Below are positions 43,210-52,684 of a stretch of DNA of 64,000 bases, piece by piece. The position numbers and the translations under genes were made by a program. How positions within the stretch are numbered: the stretch's first letter is position 1; each line of letters begins with the position of its first letter. The stretch is from an uncultured Acidobacteriota bacterium. Its GTDB lineage: Bacteria; Acidobacteriota; Vicinamibacteria; Vicinamibacterales; UBA2999. Location of the stretch: NCBI GenBank assembly GCA_902826515.1, contig CADEFD010000001.1:3011-67010 (forward strand), read 5' to 3'. Below the pieces are notes generated by a model. The model was not told the origin of the DNA, did no database searches, and worked only from the letters and a program-made list of their open reading frames with translations.

Positions 43210-43674
43210 CTACTGCGTGCGCAGGAACGCGATGACGTCGGCGGCGTCTTCCGCGGTCATGCGGAAGCGCGGCATCGGCGCCCGCGCCTGGCCGCCGATG
43301 CGCTTGATGGCGCCTTCGGTGAGCAGCCGCAGCGCTTCGGCATCGGAGTATCCGGGGAGGCCCGCAATCCGGGGCACCTGCAGCGGCCAGTCGGCCGGCC
43401 ACGGCACCCTGATGGGCAGCGGGCCGCCATGCAGGCGCGTTTCCGGAATGATCACGCCAGCCTGATCGCGGGTGGAATGACACTCCCCGCACATCGCCAC
43501 GCGCTCCACCAGATACCGGCCGCGCGCGGCGTTGCCGCGCAGTTCCGCCGGGGCCGCCGGGGCCGCCGCAACGTCCTTCTGCTGGGCCGAGACACGCTCT
43601 GCCGCGAGCCATGCGCCGCTGGCCATCGCCACCGCGCACACCATGCCCGACACCCACCCACGCACACCTGTCAT
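43210..43674 (-). CDS. Monoheme c-type cytochrome, secreted
   Basis: CGECH heme-binding motif, a distal MPRF Met, an N-terminal hydrophobic signal and GGAGG upstream of the ATG. Confidence 0.85.
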   Translation of the reverse strand: MTGVRGWVSGMVCAVAMASGAWLAAERVSAQQKDVAAAPAAPAELRGNAARGRYLVERVAMCGECHSTRDQAGVIIPETRLHGGPLPIRVPWPADWPLQVPRIAGLPGYSDAEALRLLTEGAIKRIGGQARAPMPRFRMTAEDAADVIAFLRTQ

Positions 43675-43743
43675 GTCGCCTCCAGCAGGCAGCCGGCGTC
43701 AACTGCCGACCACATGTTACGCCCGGGCTGGAGACGTACTGCG

Positions 43744-43778
43744 AAAAAAGTCGAAGTGCCGGCAGAGCCGGCCGGCAC
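43744..43778 (-). terminator. Probable intrinsic terminator after the DUF5916/CBM9-like gene
   Basis: Minus strand: GTGCCGGC-CGGCTCT-GCCGGCAC, then TTCGAC and TTTTTT. The 6-nt spacer before the T run lowers confidence. Confidence 0.45.
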
Positions 43779-43808
43779 ACGGCGAAGCGCGGCCGTGATC
43801 ACGGCGCC

Positions 43809-46388
43809 TCAGGAATTGATCCAGTAGCTGAACTTCACGAGGAAGACGTTCCTCGACGGCGACCCGAAGAGACCGCCGAAGTCGCGGCCGAACCGGAAGT
43901 CGCCGCGATCGCCGTCGTCCTGACGGCCCTGCTGCCAGACCACGAACAGCGCCGACCCGGGCTTGTATTCCCAGCGCAGCACGTTGGTCGTGCGGAACGA
44001 GCGGTAGTTGAAGTCGGCGTCGTCGGTGTAGGCGTAAGGCTGGAAGCGGCCCGCGTAAGTCGCGGCGCGGCCGTTCGTGAGTTCGCGGAACCGTCCGTAG
44101 CGTCCGGCCGACACGAAGGGCTCGGCGTAGGCCTGGAACGACAGCGTGGGCGACACGGTGTAGTTGGCGCGCAGCGTCATCGCCACGGTGCGCTGCTCGA
44201 GGCGCCCGAAGACGTAGTGCGTGACGCCGGCGGCGTCGTCGACGTTCTCGACCCACTGCGCGTCGTCGTCGTTGCGGTTGAAGCGCACGCCGCCTTCGAG
44301 GCGCACGGCGCGGCTCGGCCGCCACGTCACCACCGGGTTGGCGTTCATGCGGAACGTGCCCTGTCCGTCGCGCTCGTAGTAGCCGTTGTAGCCGGGCGCG
44401 AACAGCCGCCGGTTGTCACCTTCGAGATAGTGCCAGAGGCTGACGTTGCGGTTGGCCGTCACGACCGGGCCGCCGCGCGTCGACCGGTCGCGCACGCCGG
44501 CGCCGTTGCCGTTCAATCCGAAGCCGGTGCGCCAGTTGTTCTGGAACGTCCAGTGCATGTTGATGTTGCCGCCGCCGAAGAGGCGGTCGCCGCCGAAGTT
44601 CCAGCCGGCCCACTGGTTGAAGTTCACCATGTACTGGCGCACGTACTTGCCGGGCGTCTGGTCGCGCCACTGGAACCAGTGGTTCATCGTGCGCTCGTCG
44701 GTGCGGCGCAGGAAGCCGAGGTCGTTCGAGTCGAAGCCGGGGCTCTTGTAGCCGTAGTTGGCGCTGAAGCGCACGCGTTCGCCGCCGATCTTCGACAGGC
44801 CGATGGCGCCGGCGTGCCCGCGAAGTGTCGTGGCCGTCTCGTCGAGCGTCAGGTAGTCGCTGTCGGGCCGCTGGAAGTTGTGCACGGCGTTGGTCTGCAG
44901 GCGTTCGATCGCCTCGGCGCTGCCGGCCACGCGGCTGCCGACCAGATAGCCGGTGATGCTGAAGCGGCGGCCGAGCCGCCAGTCGTAGTCGACGCCGCCG
45001 ACGACGCTGTTGTCGGCCAGGAACGTCGTGTCTTGCGTGCCCTGCCGGCCGGTGGTCGTCAGCATCACGCCGAGGTTCGAGTTGTTGGCGAACTCGCGGC
45101 GCGCCCGCAGCACGTTGAAGCTCGTGAGCGGCTCCACCGTCTGCAGGCGGCGCGTCAGGCCGTTCGCGATGGTCGCCCGCTCCTGCTGCGTGACGGCGCT
45201 GAGCGCGCCCACCGAAAACTGGCCGACGCGGCCGGTGAGCTTCGCGGCGCCGAGGATGGTGGCGGCCGTGGGCGCCTGGCTGTACTCGCCGTCGGCGTCA
45301 TCCACCGACCCCTGCGGCGCGCGGCCGATGCGGCGGGAATACAGCAGGCCCGTGCAGTCGCCGTCGTTGCAGTCCATGTTGAAGCGGAAGATGCCCGACC
45401 CCTCGACGAAGAAGGGCCGGCGTTCCGCGAAGAAGAGCTCGAAGGCGTCGAGGTTCACCGCCGCCGGATCCGCTTCCACCTGCCCGAAGTCGGGGTTGAG
45501 CGTGGCGGTCAGCGTGAGCGCGGGCGTGACGGCGTACTTGAGATCGACGCCGATGTTGGCGCCGGGGTCGGTGGCACGCGCGAGCGGATTCCCGGCCTCG
45601 GGCGAGGACCGCACCACTTCGCCCACGGTGTACGGCATGAACTCGAGGCGCTTCGGCGCGGTGGCGGCGGCCAGGCCGTTCACGGTGCCGAACTGCGACA
45701 CGAAGCCGTTGACGCTGCGGGCGATGAGCGGCCAGGTGGCGGTTTCGTTGGCGCGCGGCAGATCGCGGATGACGGCCACACCCACCGGCCCGCCGCCCCG
45801 GGCGAAGCGCAGTTGCGAGAACGGAATGCGGAACTCGGCGCGCCAGCCTTCGGGATCGCGCGTGACCTGCACGTCCCATACGGCGTCCCAGCTGTCGTCG
45901 CTCGCGCCGTCGTTGAAGTAGTAGCGGTCGGTCTTGACGCCGGCGGGATTGACGCCGAACTCGTAGGCCGTGCGGCGATCGTAGTAAGAGTCGATCGCCA
46001 CCTTGAGCCAGTCGGACGGCGAGCGTTCGTCGCGGCGCGTGAGCATGCCGGTGATGCGGGCGGGCTCGCGGTCGTAGGCGCGGACGGCGATGTAGATCGC
46101 CTCGTCGTCGTAGGCAAACCGCGCCTCGGTGCGTTCGGTGGGCGCGGCGCCTTCGGCGGGCTCGCGCTGCACGAATTCGCCGATGACGGGCGCCTGCGTC
46201 CACACGGGCTCGTCGAAGCGCCCGTCGATGAGGATCGGCGTGGCGGCGGACACGGCCTGCGCGTCCATCACGGCGCGCCGTTCACGGCCGGCCTCGCCCG
46301 GCGGCGCCGCCAGCGCCGTCGTGGGGCCGCCGCCCAGGCAGGCAGCCGCCACGAGCGTGACCACGATCCGGCGCCGGTTGCTACTCAT
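43809..46388 (-). CDS. Outer-membrane/secreted protein with a CBM9-like N-domain and a DUF5916-like barrel
   Basis: ORF 43809..46934 trimmed to MSSNRRRIVVTLVAAACLGGGPTTALA. ILIDGRFDEPVWTQAPVIGEFVQREPAEGAAPTERTEARFAYDDEAIYIAVRAYD is CBM9-like. The C-terminus is a long beta-rich region ending FLVKFSYWINS. Confidence 0.8.
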   Translation of the reverse strand: MSSNRRRIVVTLVAAACLGGGPTTALAAPPGEAGRERRAVMDAQAVSAATPILIDGRFDEPVWTQAPVIGEFVQREPAEGAAPTERTEARFAYDDEAIYIAVRAYDREPARITGMLTRRDERSPSDWLKVAIDSYYDRRTAYEFGVNPAGVKTDRYYFNDGASDDSWDAVWDVQVTRDPEGWRAEFRIPFSQLRFARGGGPVGVAVIRDLPRANETATWPLIARSVNGFVSQFGTVNGLAAATAPKRLEFMPYTVGEVVRSSPEAGNPLARATDPGANIGVDLKYAVTPALTLTATLNPDFGQVEADPAAVNLDAFELFFAERRPFFVEGSGIFRFNMDCNDGDCTGLLYSRRIGRAPQGSVDDADGEYSQAPTAATILGAAKLTGRVGQFSVGALSAVTQQERATIANGLTRRLQTVEPLTSFNVLRARREFANNSNLGVMLTTTGRQGTQDTTFLADNSVVGGVDYDWRLGRRFSITGYLVGSRVAGSAEAIERLQTNAVHNFQRPDSDYLTLDETATTLRGHAGAIGLSKIGGERVRFSANYGYKSPGFDSNDLGFLRRTDERTMNHWFQWRDQTPGKYVRQYMVNFNQWAGWNFGGDRLFGGGNINMHWTFQNNWRTGFGLNGNGAGVRDRSTRGGPVVTANRNVSLWHYLEGDNRRLFAPGYNGYYERDGQGTFRMNANPVVTWRPSRAVRLEGGVRFNRNDDDAQWVENVDDAAGVTHYVFGRLEQRTVAMTLRANYTVSPTLSFQAYAEPFVSAGRYGRFRELTNGRAATYAGRFQPYAYTDDADFNYRSFRTTNVLRWEYKPGSALFVVWQQGRQDDGDRGDFRFGRDFGGLFGSPSRNVFLVKFSYWINS

Positions 46389-46429
46389 GAGCGTAGGAGT
46401 AGACGAGCGTACGCCGGAGAAGGTTGGCC

Positions 46430-46458
46430 GTCCGGCTGGATATTCGATCCAGCCGGAC
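46430..46458 (-). terminator. Perfect 12-bp hairpin between the GNAT gene and the DUF5916-like gene
   Basis: GTCCGGCTGGAT-ATTCG-ATCCAGCCGGAC. There is no T run, so it could be a U-less terminator or a protein-binding palindrome. Confidence 0.35.
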
Positions 46459-46482
46459 CGTGCGCCGGGGGGAGCCCGGAAC

Positions 46483-47154
46483 TCAGTGCACGCGAGTGCC
46501 CGCGGCCGCGGGGGCCGACAGACGCTCACGCCAGTCGTCGCGCCAGAGGGTCCAGAGCGCCTGATCGTGCCAGGCGCCATGGCGTTCGAACGACCGCCGC
46601 AGCACGGCTTCACGCACCGCGCCGAGCTTGGCCAGCGCGCCATTGCCGCGCCCGTTGGCGACCGAAGCGCGCGCTTCGAGGCGGTGCAGGCCCATCTCGG
46701 TGAACGCGAAGTCCACGACGCGCTCGGCGCCGGCGAGGAAGATCCCGGTGCCCCAGTAGGCGGCGCCCAGGATGAAGCCCCACTCGGCCACACCCTCGCG
46801 GCCCTCGAGGCGGCGCACCTGGAAGATCCCGACCGCTGTCTGCTCCCCGTCGGGCACGACGGCGAAACAGGCGTAGCGTCCGGCGGCGCGTTCGCGCTGC
46901 GCCCAGACGATGAAGCGCTCGAAGCCGGTGACACTGGCCGGCGGCGGCGAGATGAAGCGGCTGACCTCGGCCGGCGTCAGGTGCTGCATGAGCGTCGGCG
47001 CATCGGCGGCGACGAGCTCGCGCAGGGTGAAGCCGAGACCGCGGACGACGGGCAATCCGTCGCGCCAGGTGGAGGGCGGCACGAGGCCGGACGCGGGACG
47101 CGTCGCGACCGCGGGGCCCCGGTGGGTGTTGGCGTGATGCGGCATCACTTCCAT
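46483..47154 (-). CDS. GNAT-family N-acetyltransferase (RimJ/RimL-like)
   Basis: FTLRELVAADAPTLMQHL...FAVVPDGEQTAVGIFQVRRLEGREGVAEWGFILGAAYWGTGIFLAGAERVVDFAFTEMGLHRLEARASVANGRGNGALAKLGA. GGAG lies 9 nt upstream of the ATG. Confidence 0.85.
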   Translation of the reverse strand: MEVMPHHANTHRGPAVATRPASGLVPPSTWRDGLPVVRGLGFTLRELVAADAPTLMQHLTPAEVSRFISPPPASVTGFERFIVWAQRERAAGRYACFAVVPDGEQTAVGIFQVRRLEGREGVAEWGFILGAAYWGTGIFLAGAERVVDFAFTEMGLHRLEARASVANGRGNGALAKLGAVREAVLRRSFERHGAWHDQALWTLWRDDWRERLSAPAAAGTRVH

Positions 47155-47184
47155 GACATGGCTCCTGTCGATGTCACGCGGACG

Positions 47185-50100
47185 CTACTGCTGCACGCCG
47201 GCGAGTTCGCCCCAGACGATGTTCTCGCCCCAGACGATGTTTTCGCCCCACACGATGTTCTCGCCCCAGACGATGTTTTCACCCCAGACGATGTTGTTGC
47301 CCCAGCAGAGGTTCTCACCCCAGACGATGTTCTCGCCCCAGACGATGTTCTCCCCCCACACGATGTTCTCGCCCCAGACGATGTTCTCGCCCCAGACGAT
47401 GTTGTTGGCGTAGGCACCGCGGTTGATGACGAGCGCTTCGCCGCCGAGCACCTTGTCGCCCCAGATGATGTACTGGCCCCAGGCGAGGCGTTCGCCGTCG
47501 ATCGACGTGACGGGATCGACCGGGCCCATGAGCAGGTAGCTGCCGACCGGCACGTTCAGGTTCACGAGACCGGCGACCTGCACCGCGCCCGCGACGTTGA
47601 GCGCCCCGGCGCCCTGCGCCAGCACGTGCTCGGGTGTGCCGCTGGCGCCGCGCACCGGCACCGACGTGGCCTGCAGAATCGCCTTCACCGCCGCCGGCGT
47701 CAGCGCGCCGTACGACGCCCGCGACTTCTGGATCACGAGGGCCGCCGCGCCGCTCACGACACTCGCCGCCATGCTCGTGCCGCTCAGCCGCAGGTAGGGG
47801 CGGCCGGCCAGGGTGGACGCCTGCGCCGGGAACACCGTGCGCAGGGTCTGCCCGTTGGCCGACGGGCCGACGATCTTCGTGCCGGGCGCCAGGATGTCGG
47901 GCTTCGCGAAGCCATCGAACCACGTGGGCCCGCGCGAGCTGAAGTCGGCGACGCGGTCGTCGGAGCGGCGATCCGTGTCGAAGGTATTGAGTGCGCCGAC
48001 CGTGATGGCCGAGGGCGCGTTGCCCGGCGAGCTGATGCCCGCATACCCAATCTCGCCGGTGATGGGGTTCTTGCCGACGTTGCCGGCCGAGCTCACCACG
48101 ACGATGCCGGCACGCACGGCGGCCTCCACGGCCTGCACGAGCGGGTCGGTGGCCGCCGGTTCGAAGATGGGATGGCCGAGCGAGAGGTTGATGATGTCGA
48201 TGCCGTAGGCGGCCTTGTTGGTGATGGCCCACTGGATGGCGTTGATGACGTTGCTCGTCATGCCGACGCCGAGGTTGTTGAGCACGCGCAGGCTGACGTA
48301 GGAGACGCCGGGCGCCACGCCCTTCATCTCGGCCTTGTCGCCGCCCATCACCCCGGCGACGTGCGTGCCGTGACCGAAGCCGTCCACGGCGGCGATGGCC
48401 GCGGGATTCGCGTTGCCGGTCGTGAAGTCGCGCGTGGTCTTGATGCGTGTCGTGCCGCCGCCATCCTGTGTGAGCCCGGAGTCGATGACCGCCACGGTCA
48501 CGCCGGCGCCCGTCTGGGTCAACGTGGACGCCGTGTTGGTCTCGCGGTCGATGCCGAGCGTGGCGCGCAGCGTGTAGGGCGCGAGTGTGGCCACGACGTT
48601 GGCCGCCAGTTCCGAGGTGTCGTTCGACGAGGTCCGCGTGGCCGTGGCCGACACCCGATAGCCGGCGGCCACGGGCGCCGTGAACACCTGAGTGAAGGCG
48701 CCGCCGCCGAGCAGGTCGGTCGTGACCGTGAGCGCGCCGATGAAGGTGCGGGCCTCGCCGTAGCCCGAGGCGTCGCCCGCCGCGTTGGCGAAGAACTCGA
48801 CGCGGTAGGAACCGGCGACGGCGCTGTTCAGTGTGCCGGCCAGCTCGATGAGCGCGCCGGTCGTGACGGCGCGGGTGATGACCGGGAAGTTCTGGCCGCC
48901 GTTGGCACCGCCGTCGAGGTCGAGCAGGTCGTTGCCCTGTACGCCATTCGTGCCGAGGTCGATCGCCTGACCGCCGTTGTCGCCGATGGCGTTACCGAGC
49001 ACCGCGTTCGCCCACGTGGTCGCACCCGCGTTCACGCCGTCGCCGGTGTTGAAGCGGATGAGATTGCCGCCGCTCGCGCCGGTGCCGCCCGTGGTGTTGT
49101 TGTTGGCGATGCCCGAGAAGGCGACGCCGTTGCCGCCGTTGGCTTTCGCGGCCGCACCGGCCGCGTCGGTGCCGATGTAGTTGCCGGCAATCGTGTTCCA
49201 GGCGCCGTTGCTGACGCCCACGCCGTGCAGCAGGTTGCCGGCGATGACGTTGCGGGCCGCCGCCGTCGTGCCGCCGATCGTGTTCGAACCCGCACCTTCG
49301 AAGTGCACTCCATCGTGGCTATTGGCGAGGACCGTCACGCCGTCGGTGGCGAGCCCGATGTAGTTGCCGCGCACGAGGTTGAAGCCCGTGTTCGCGTGGT
49401 CGAGGGCGATGCCGGCGTTGAGATTGCCGGCAATGACGTTGCGGGCGCCGGCCGCGAGGCCGCCGATCTCGTTGTTGTTGGCGCCGGCCTGGAGCTGCAC
49501 GCCGTCTTCGGTGTTGCCGAGCGCCGTCTGTCCGCTCGCCAGGGTGCCGATGTAGTTGCCGGCGACGACGTTACCGAACGCGTTGGCGCCGTCGAGGATG
49601 AGGCCGTTCCTGCCGTTGCCAGACAGCACGTTGCGGTCGGCCGCGGCGAGGCCGCCGATGACATTGCGCGCGCCGCCCACGTAGAGGCCGAAGCCGCTGT
49701 TCTTCTCGACCGCACCGGCATCGATGCCGGTGGGCGTGAGGCGGCCGATGTAGTTGCCGGCGATGACGTGGTCGTTCGAGCCCGACTGGATGTTGATGCC
49801 GTCCCAGGCGAACTGCCGGATGACCAGGCCGCGAATCGTGCTGCCGGAGGCGCCCGACTGCAGCTGGAGCCCGTGGGCGGCAAGGCCGTTGCCATCGAGC
49901 ACCACGGCCGGCCGGTTCAGATTGGCGGCGAAGCTGTCGTCGGTCGTGGCGTTCAGGCTGACCGGCGAGCTGAGGGCCGGCAGCGCCGTCGTGGGCGTGA
50001 TCGTGTGCACGCCGGTGCCGGCGATGCTGAACACGATGGCGTCGAAGCCGGCGCGCGCGTTGGCGTCGAGGATCGCCTGGCGCAGCGTGCCGGCGCCGGA

Positions 50101-50583
50101 ATTGGCCGTGGAGGTCACAGTGAAGGTGGCCCCCGGCGCGGTCGTGATGGCCATCGAGCCCACCGGCGCGTCCACCGACAGGGCGACCACGTCGTCCTGT
50201 TCGGCCAGTTCCATGAGCAGACCGCGGGGGATGTTGGCCGCCACGGCTTCGATGGCGCCGAAGTCCTTGTCCACCTTCACGCCGAGCGCGCGCAGCTGCT
50301 GCAGCTTGCGGCCCTTCGTGCCCTTCCTGAACGTGACGATGACGCGCTCCTGGCGCGTGAAGTCGGTGGTGGCGAGCCGCGGCGTCAGCTCGCGGTCGAC
50401 GTGGGCGCGGCGGCGGCCGCGGCCCTGGCCGGGCGCGGCCTCGAGGGCGACGCTGCCGGCAGCGGCGCACATGGCCACGAGCGCCAGCGCGAACCAGCCC
50501 TTCGACCAATGACTCGAACGAGTTCCCGCCGGGCGCGTCGAGGGCGCGTCACCGATGGAGGAGGGGGCAGACCTGAAGTTCAT
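47185..50583 (-). CDS. Secreted S8 subtilisin-like peptidase with an I9-like propeptide, a roughly 450-aa parallel beta-helix insert and C-terminal NIVWGE hexapeptide repeats
   Basis: Domains seen in order: RVIVTFRKGTKGRKLQQLRALGVKVDKDFGAIEAVAANI (I9-like); repeated NVIAGNYIG/NVLSGN/NVIAGNL beta-helix turns; catalytic VAVIDSG, HGTHVAG and SGTSMAAS; then a C-terminus of 11 hexapeptides. Confidence 0.9.
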   Translation of the reverse strand: MNFRSAPSSIGDAPSTRPAGTRSSHWSKGWFALALVAMCAAAGSVALEAAPGQGRGRRRAHVDRELTPRLATTDFTRQERVIVTFRKGTKGRKLQQLRALGVKVDKDFGAIEAVAANIPRGLLMELAEQDDVVALSVDAPVGSMAITTAPGATFTVTSTANSGAGTLRQAILDANARAGFDAIVFSIAGTGVHTITPTTALPALSSPVSLNATTDDSFAANLNRPAVVLDGNGLAAHGLQLQSGASGSTIRGLVIRQFAWDGINIQSGSNDHVIAGNYIGRLTPTGIDAGAVEKNSGFGLYVGGARNVIGGLAAADRNVLSGNGRNGLILDGANAFGNVVAGNYIGTLASGQTALGNTEDGVQLQAGANNNEIGGLAAGARNVIAGNLNAGIALDHANTGFNLVRGNYIGLATDGVTVLANSHDGVHFEGAGSNTIGGTTAAARNVIAGNLLHGVGVSNGAWNTIAGNYIGTDAAGAAAKANGGNGVAFSGIANNNTTGGTGASGGNLIRFNTGDGVNAGATTWANAVLGNAIGDNGGQAIDLGTNGVQGNDLLDLDGGANGGQNFPVITRAVTTGALIELAGTLNSAVAGSYRVEFFANAAGDASGYGEARTFIGALTVTTDLLGGGAFTQVFTAPVAAGYRVSATATRTSSNDTSELAANVVATLAPYTLRATLGIDRETNTASTLTQTGAGVTVAVIDSGLTQDGGGTTRIKTTRDFTTGNANPAAIAAVDGFGHGTHVAGVMGGDKAEMKGVAPGVSYVSLRVLNNLGVGMTSNVINAIQWAITNKAAYGIDIINLSLGHPIFEPAATDPLVQAVEAAVRAGIVVVSSAGNVGKNPITGEIGYAGISSPGNAPSAITVGALNTFDTDRRSDDRVADFSSRGPTWFDGFAKPDILAPGTKIVGPSANGQTLRTVFPAQASTLAGRPYLRLSGTSMAASVVSGAAALVIQKSRASYGALTPAAVKAILQATSVPVRGASGTPEHVLAQGAGALNVAGAVQVAGLVNLNVPVGSYLLMGPVDPVTSIDGERLAWGQYIIWGDKVLGGEALVINRGAYANNIVWGENIVWGENIVWGENIVWGENIVWGENLCWGNNIVWGENIVWGENIVWGENIVWGENIVWGELAGVQQ
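47209..47406 (-). repeat. 11 tandem copies of an 18-nt unit (GCCCCAGACGATGTTCTC on the + strand) encoding (E/N)NIVWG
   Basis: Units read directly. Copies 5 and 11 carry GTTGTT (NN), and copy 6 is diverged (ENLCWG). The other copies differ by 0-2 nt. Confidence 0.95.
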
Positions 50584-50861
50584 GCCCTGCTGGAGAGCAA
50601 GGGCTGGTCCACAGTCGACGAGCGGCCCTAAGCCACTCAGTGGCAGTCACTTACAGGGGATCTGACGGATCCGTTCGCGGCGGCGTCTGTGCCGTCCTGA
50701 CGCAGCGCTTCGGGCGCGGAGGGGCTCTTCCGGCGGCCCCGCCTTCACATAAGGGCAGAACGCCCGTTATTTCCGACACTTCGCGGCCAAATCCGACACC
50801 TGCGCCGTTTCAGCACGCCGTGTGCTGGTTCAGCGCAGCCTGCACACCATCTGGAGTGGGC

Positions 50862-52664
50862 TCAGCGGCCGATCCAGGCCTCGAGACGTGCCTTCTGCTC
50901 GGTGGTCTGGTCGGGGGCCGGCTGCAGGCGCCAGGGGCGGCCGGGCTCGGCGGTGAGCGTGACGTCGAGGGTGACGAGGCGATCGCGCCGCGCCACGAGC
51001 AGGCGAATCCGGTCGCCCACTTTGTACTGGTCCATGCGGGCGACCAGTCCATCCGCGCGCACGCGCAGGTCGTCGATGGCGAGGATCTCGTCGTCCACGT
51101 TCACCCCGGCCTCGTGCGCCGGCGTGCCCCGCCGCACGACCGACACGACCAGCCGGCCGTTGTCGTTGCGGGTCGTGGCGCCCATCGTGGGGCGGGCGCT
51201 CGTCAGGTCCACCGGGGTGAAGCGCAGGCCGTAGTAGCCGAGGGCCTCGGTGAAGTCGAGGTCCTTCGGGCTGCTCACGACATCGGCGAACCAGGCGGCA
51301 AGATCCACGCCCGCGGCTTCCGCCATCGTCTGCTGGAACTGTTCCGGCGTGTAGCCCTTCGCGCCCGAGTAGCGGTCGTAGGCGAGGCGCATGGCGGTGT
51401 CGAGCGTCTTTGCGCCGTTCGTCGCCTTGCGGATCTTCGCATCGAGCATGAAGGCAATCGCCGCGCCCTTCGTGTAGTAGTCGATGCTCGTGTTGCCGCT
51501 GTTCTCGTCGGGCCGGTACTGCTTGATCCAGGTGTCGAACGACGCCATGTCCACCGGCTGCACGCTGCGTCCGGGCCGCATCTGCACCTGCTCGATGGCG
51601 TTCGAGAGTTCGTCGAAGTATTCGGCCGTCGTCTGCAGGCCGGCGCGGCGCACGAGCAGCGCGCCGTAATAATCGGTGAACCCTTCGGCCACCCAGAGGC
51701 TCTTCGTGTAGTTCTCGGTCTCGTAGTTGAACGGGCCGAGTTCGATCGGCCGCAGGCGCTTCACGTTCCAGTTGTGGAAGTACTCGTGGCCGACGAGGTT
51801 CAGCCAGTTCACGTAGGCGCGGCGGGTGCGCGTCGTGAAGCGGCTCGACATCGTGAGGAAGGCGTTCTTGTGCTCGAGGCCGCCGCCCGACTCGGTCACC
51901 ATGTTCAGGAAAAAGTAGTGGGGATAGTCGAACTTCCCCATCGCCGCCCGGCCGGCAAGGACGATCTTCTGCACGTCGGCGGCCGCGCGGTCGGCGTCGA
52001 AGAGCGACGGGTCGCCTTCGAGCACGAGGTGGTGCCGCTTGCCGTCCACCTCGAAGGTCTTCACCACCGGGTTGCCGATGATGATCGGGCTGTCGACGAG
52101 CGTGTCGAAGTCGTCGGCGCGGTAGCTGTGGGCGCGGCCGGCCACCGGCATGAGCGGCGTGGCCGACGATTTCCACGCCGCCGGCGGATCGATCGTGACC
52201 TCATGCGGCCGGGGCGTCGTGTCGGCCAGCGTCAGGAACGTGGGTGCGCCGTTCAGCATCGCGAACCCGCTCTCGATCCAGTTGTTGCGCACGGTCATCT
52301 CGCGGCCGTAGACGCGGTAGCGCACGGTCACCTGCGCGGCGCCGCCGGTGTCGATGCGCCAGCGGTTCTTGGCGGGTTTCACCGCCGAGAGCGCGCGGCC
52401 GCCCTCGCCCGTGGCCGTGAGCTGCTCGATGTGCCGCTGATACTCGCGCACCAGGTACGAGCCGGGCGTCCAGACCGCCATCATCAGCTCGACCTGCGGG
52501 CGGCGGCCGGTGGGATACACGGCCTCGACCTCGACGTAGTGCGTGTGCGGCGCCGGGAAGCGCAGCGTGTAGCGGATCGGCTCGGGCGCGGACTGTGCGG
52601 AAGGCTCGGACATCGTGAGGGCGGCGAGAAGAAGGGCGAGGGAGACGTACAGAACGCGTCGCAT
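50862..52664 (-). CDS. M61 glycyl-aminopeptidase-family peptidase with a C-terminal PDZ domain
   Basis: Signal peptide MRRVLYVSLALLLAALTMSEPSAQS. VGHEYFHNWNVKRLRP is the HExxH motif. LWVAEGFTDYYG is present. The PDZ-like region is GATTRNDNGRLVVSVVRRGTPAHEAGVNVDDEILAID. Confidence 0.9.
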   Translation of the reverse strand: MRRVLYVSLALLLAALTMSEPSAQSAPEPIRYTLRFPAPHTHYVEVEAVYPTGRRPQVELMMAVWTPGSYLVREYQRHIEQLTATGEGGRALSAVKPAKNRWRIDTGGAAQVTVRYRVYGREMTVRNNWIESGFAMLNGAPTFLTLADTTPRPHEVTIDPPAAWKSSATPLMPVAGRAHSYRADDFDTLVDSPIIIGNPVVKTFEVDGKRHHLVLEGDPSLFDADRAAADVQKIVLAGRAAMGKFDYPHYFFLNMVTESGGGLEHKNAFLTMSSRFTTRTRRAYVNWLNLVGHEYFHNWNVKRLRPIELGPFNYETENYTKSLWVAEGFTDYYGALLVRRAGLQTTAEYFDELSNAIEQVQMRPGRSVQPVDMASFDTWIKQYRPDENSGNTSIDYYTKGAAIAFMLDAKIRKATNGAKTLDTAMRLAYDRYSGAKGYTPEQFQQTMAEAAGVDLAAWFADVVSSPKDLDFTEALGYYGLRFTPVDLTSARPTMGATTRNDNGRLVVSVVRRGTPAHEAGVNVDDEILAIDDLRVRADGLVARMDQYKVGDRIRLLVARRDRLVTLDVTLTAEPGRPWRLQPAPDQTTEQKARLEAWIGR

Positions 52665-52684
52665 GGCGGTATTGTAAGGCGGGG

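Noticed and set aside
47145-47417. ORFs 47145..47417 (minus strand) and 47153..47413 (plus strand) encoding TSSGAR / MFSPQT repeat peptides
   Set aside because: These are alternative-frame and antisense readings of the 18-nt tandem repeat that encodes the NIVWGE tail of the S8 peptidase, which is the coherent frame.
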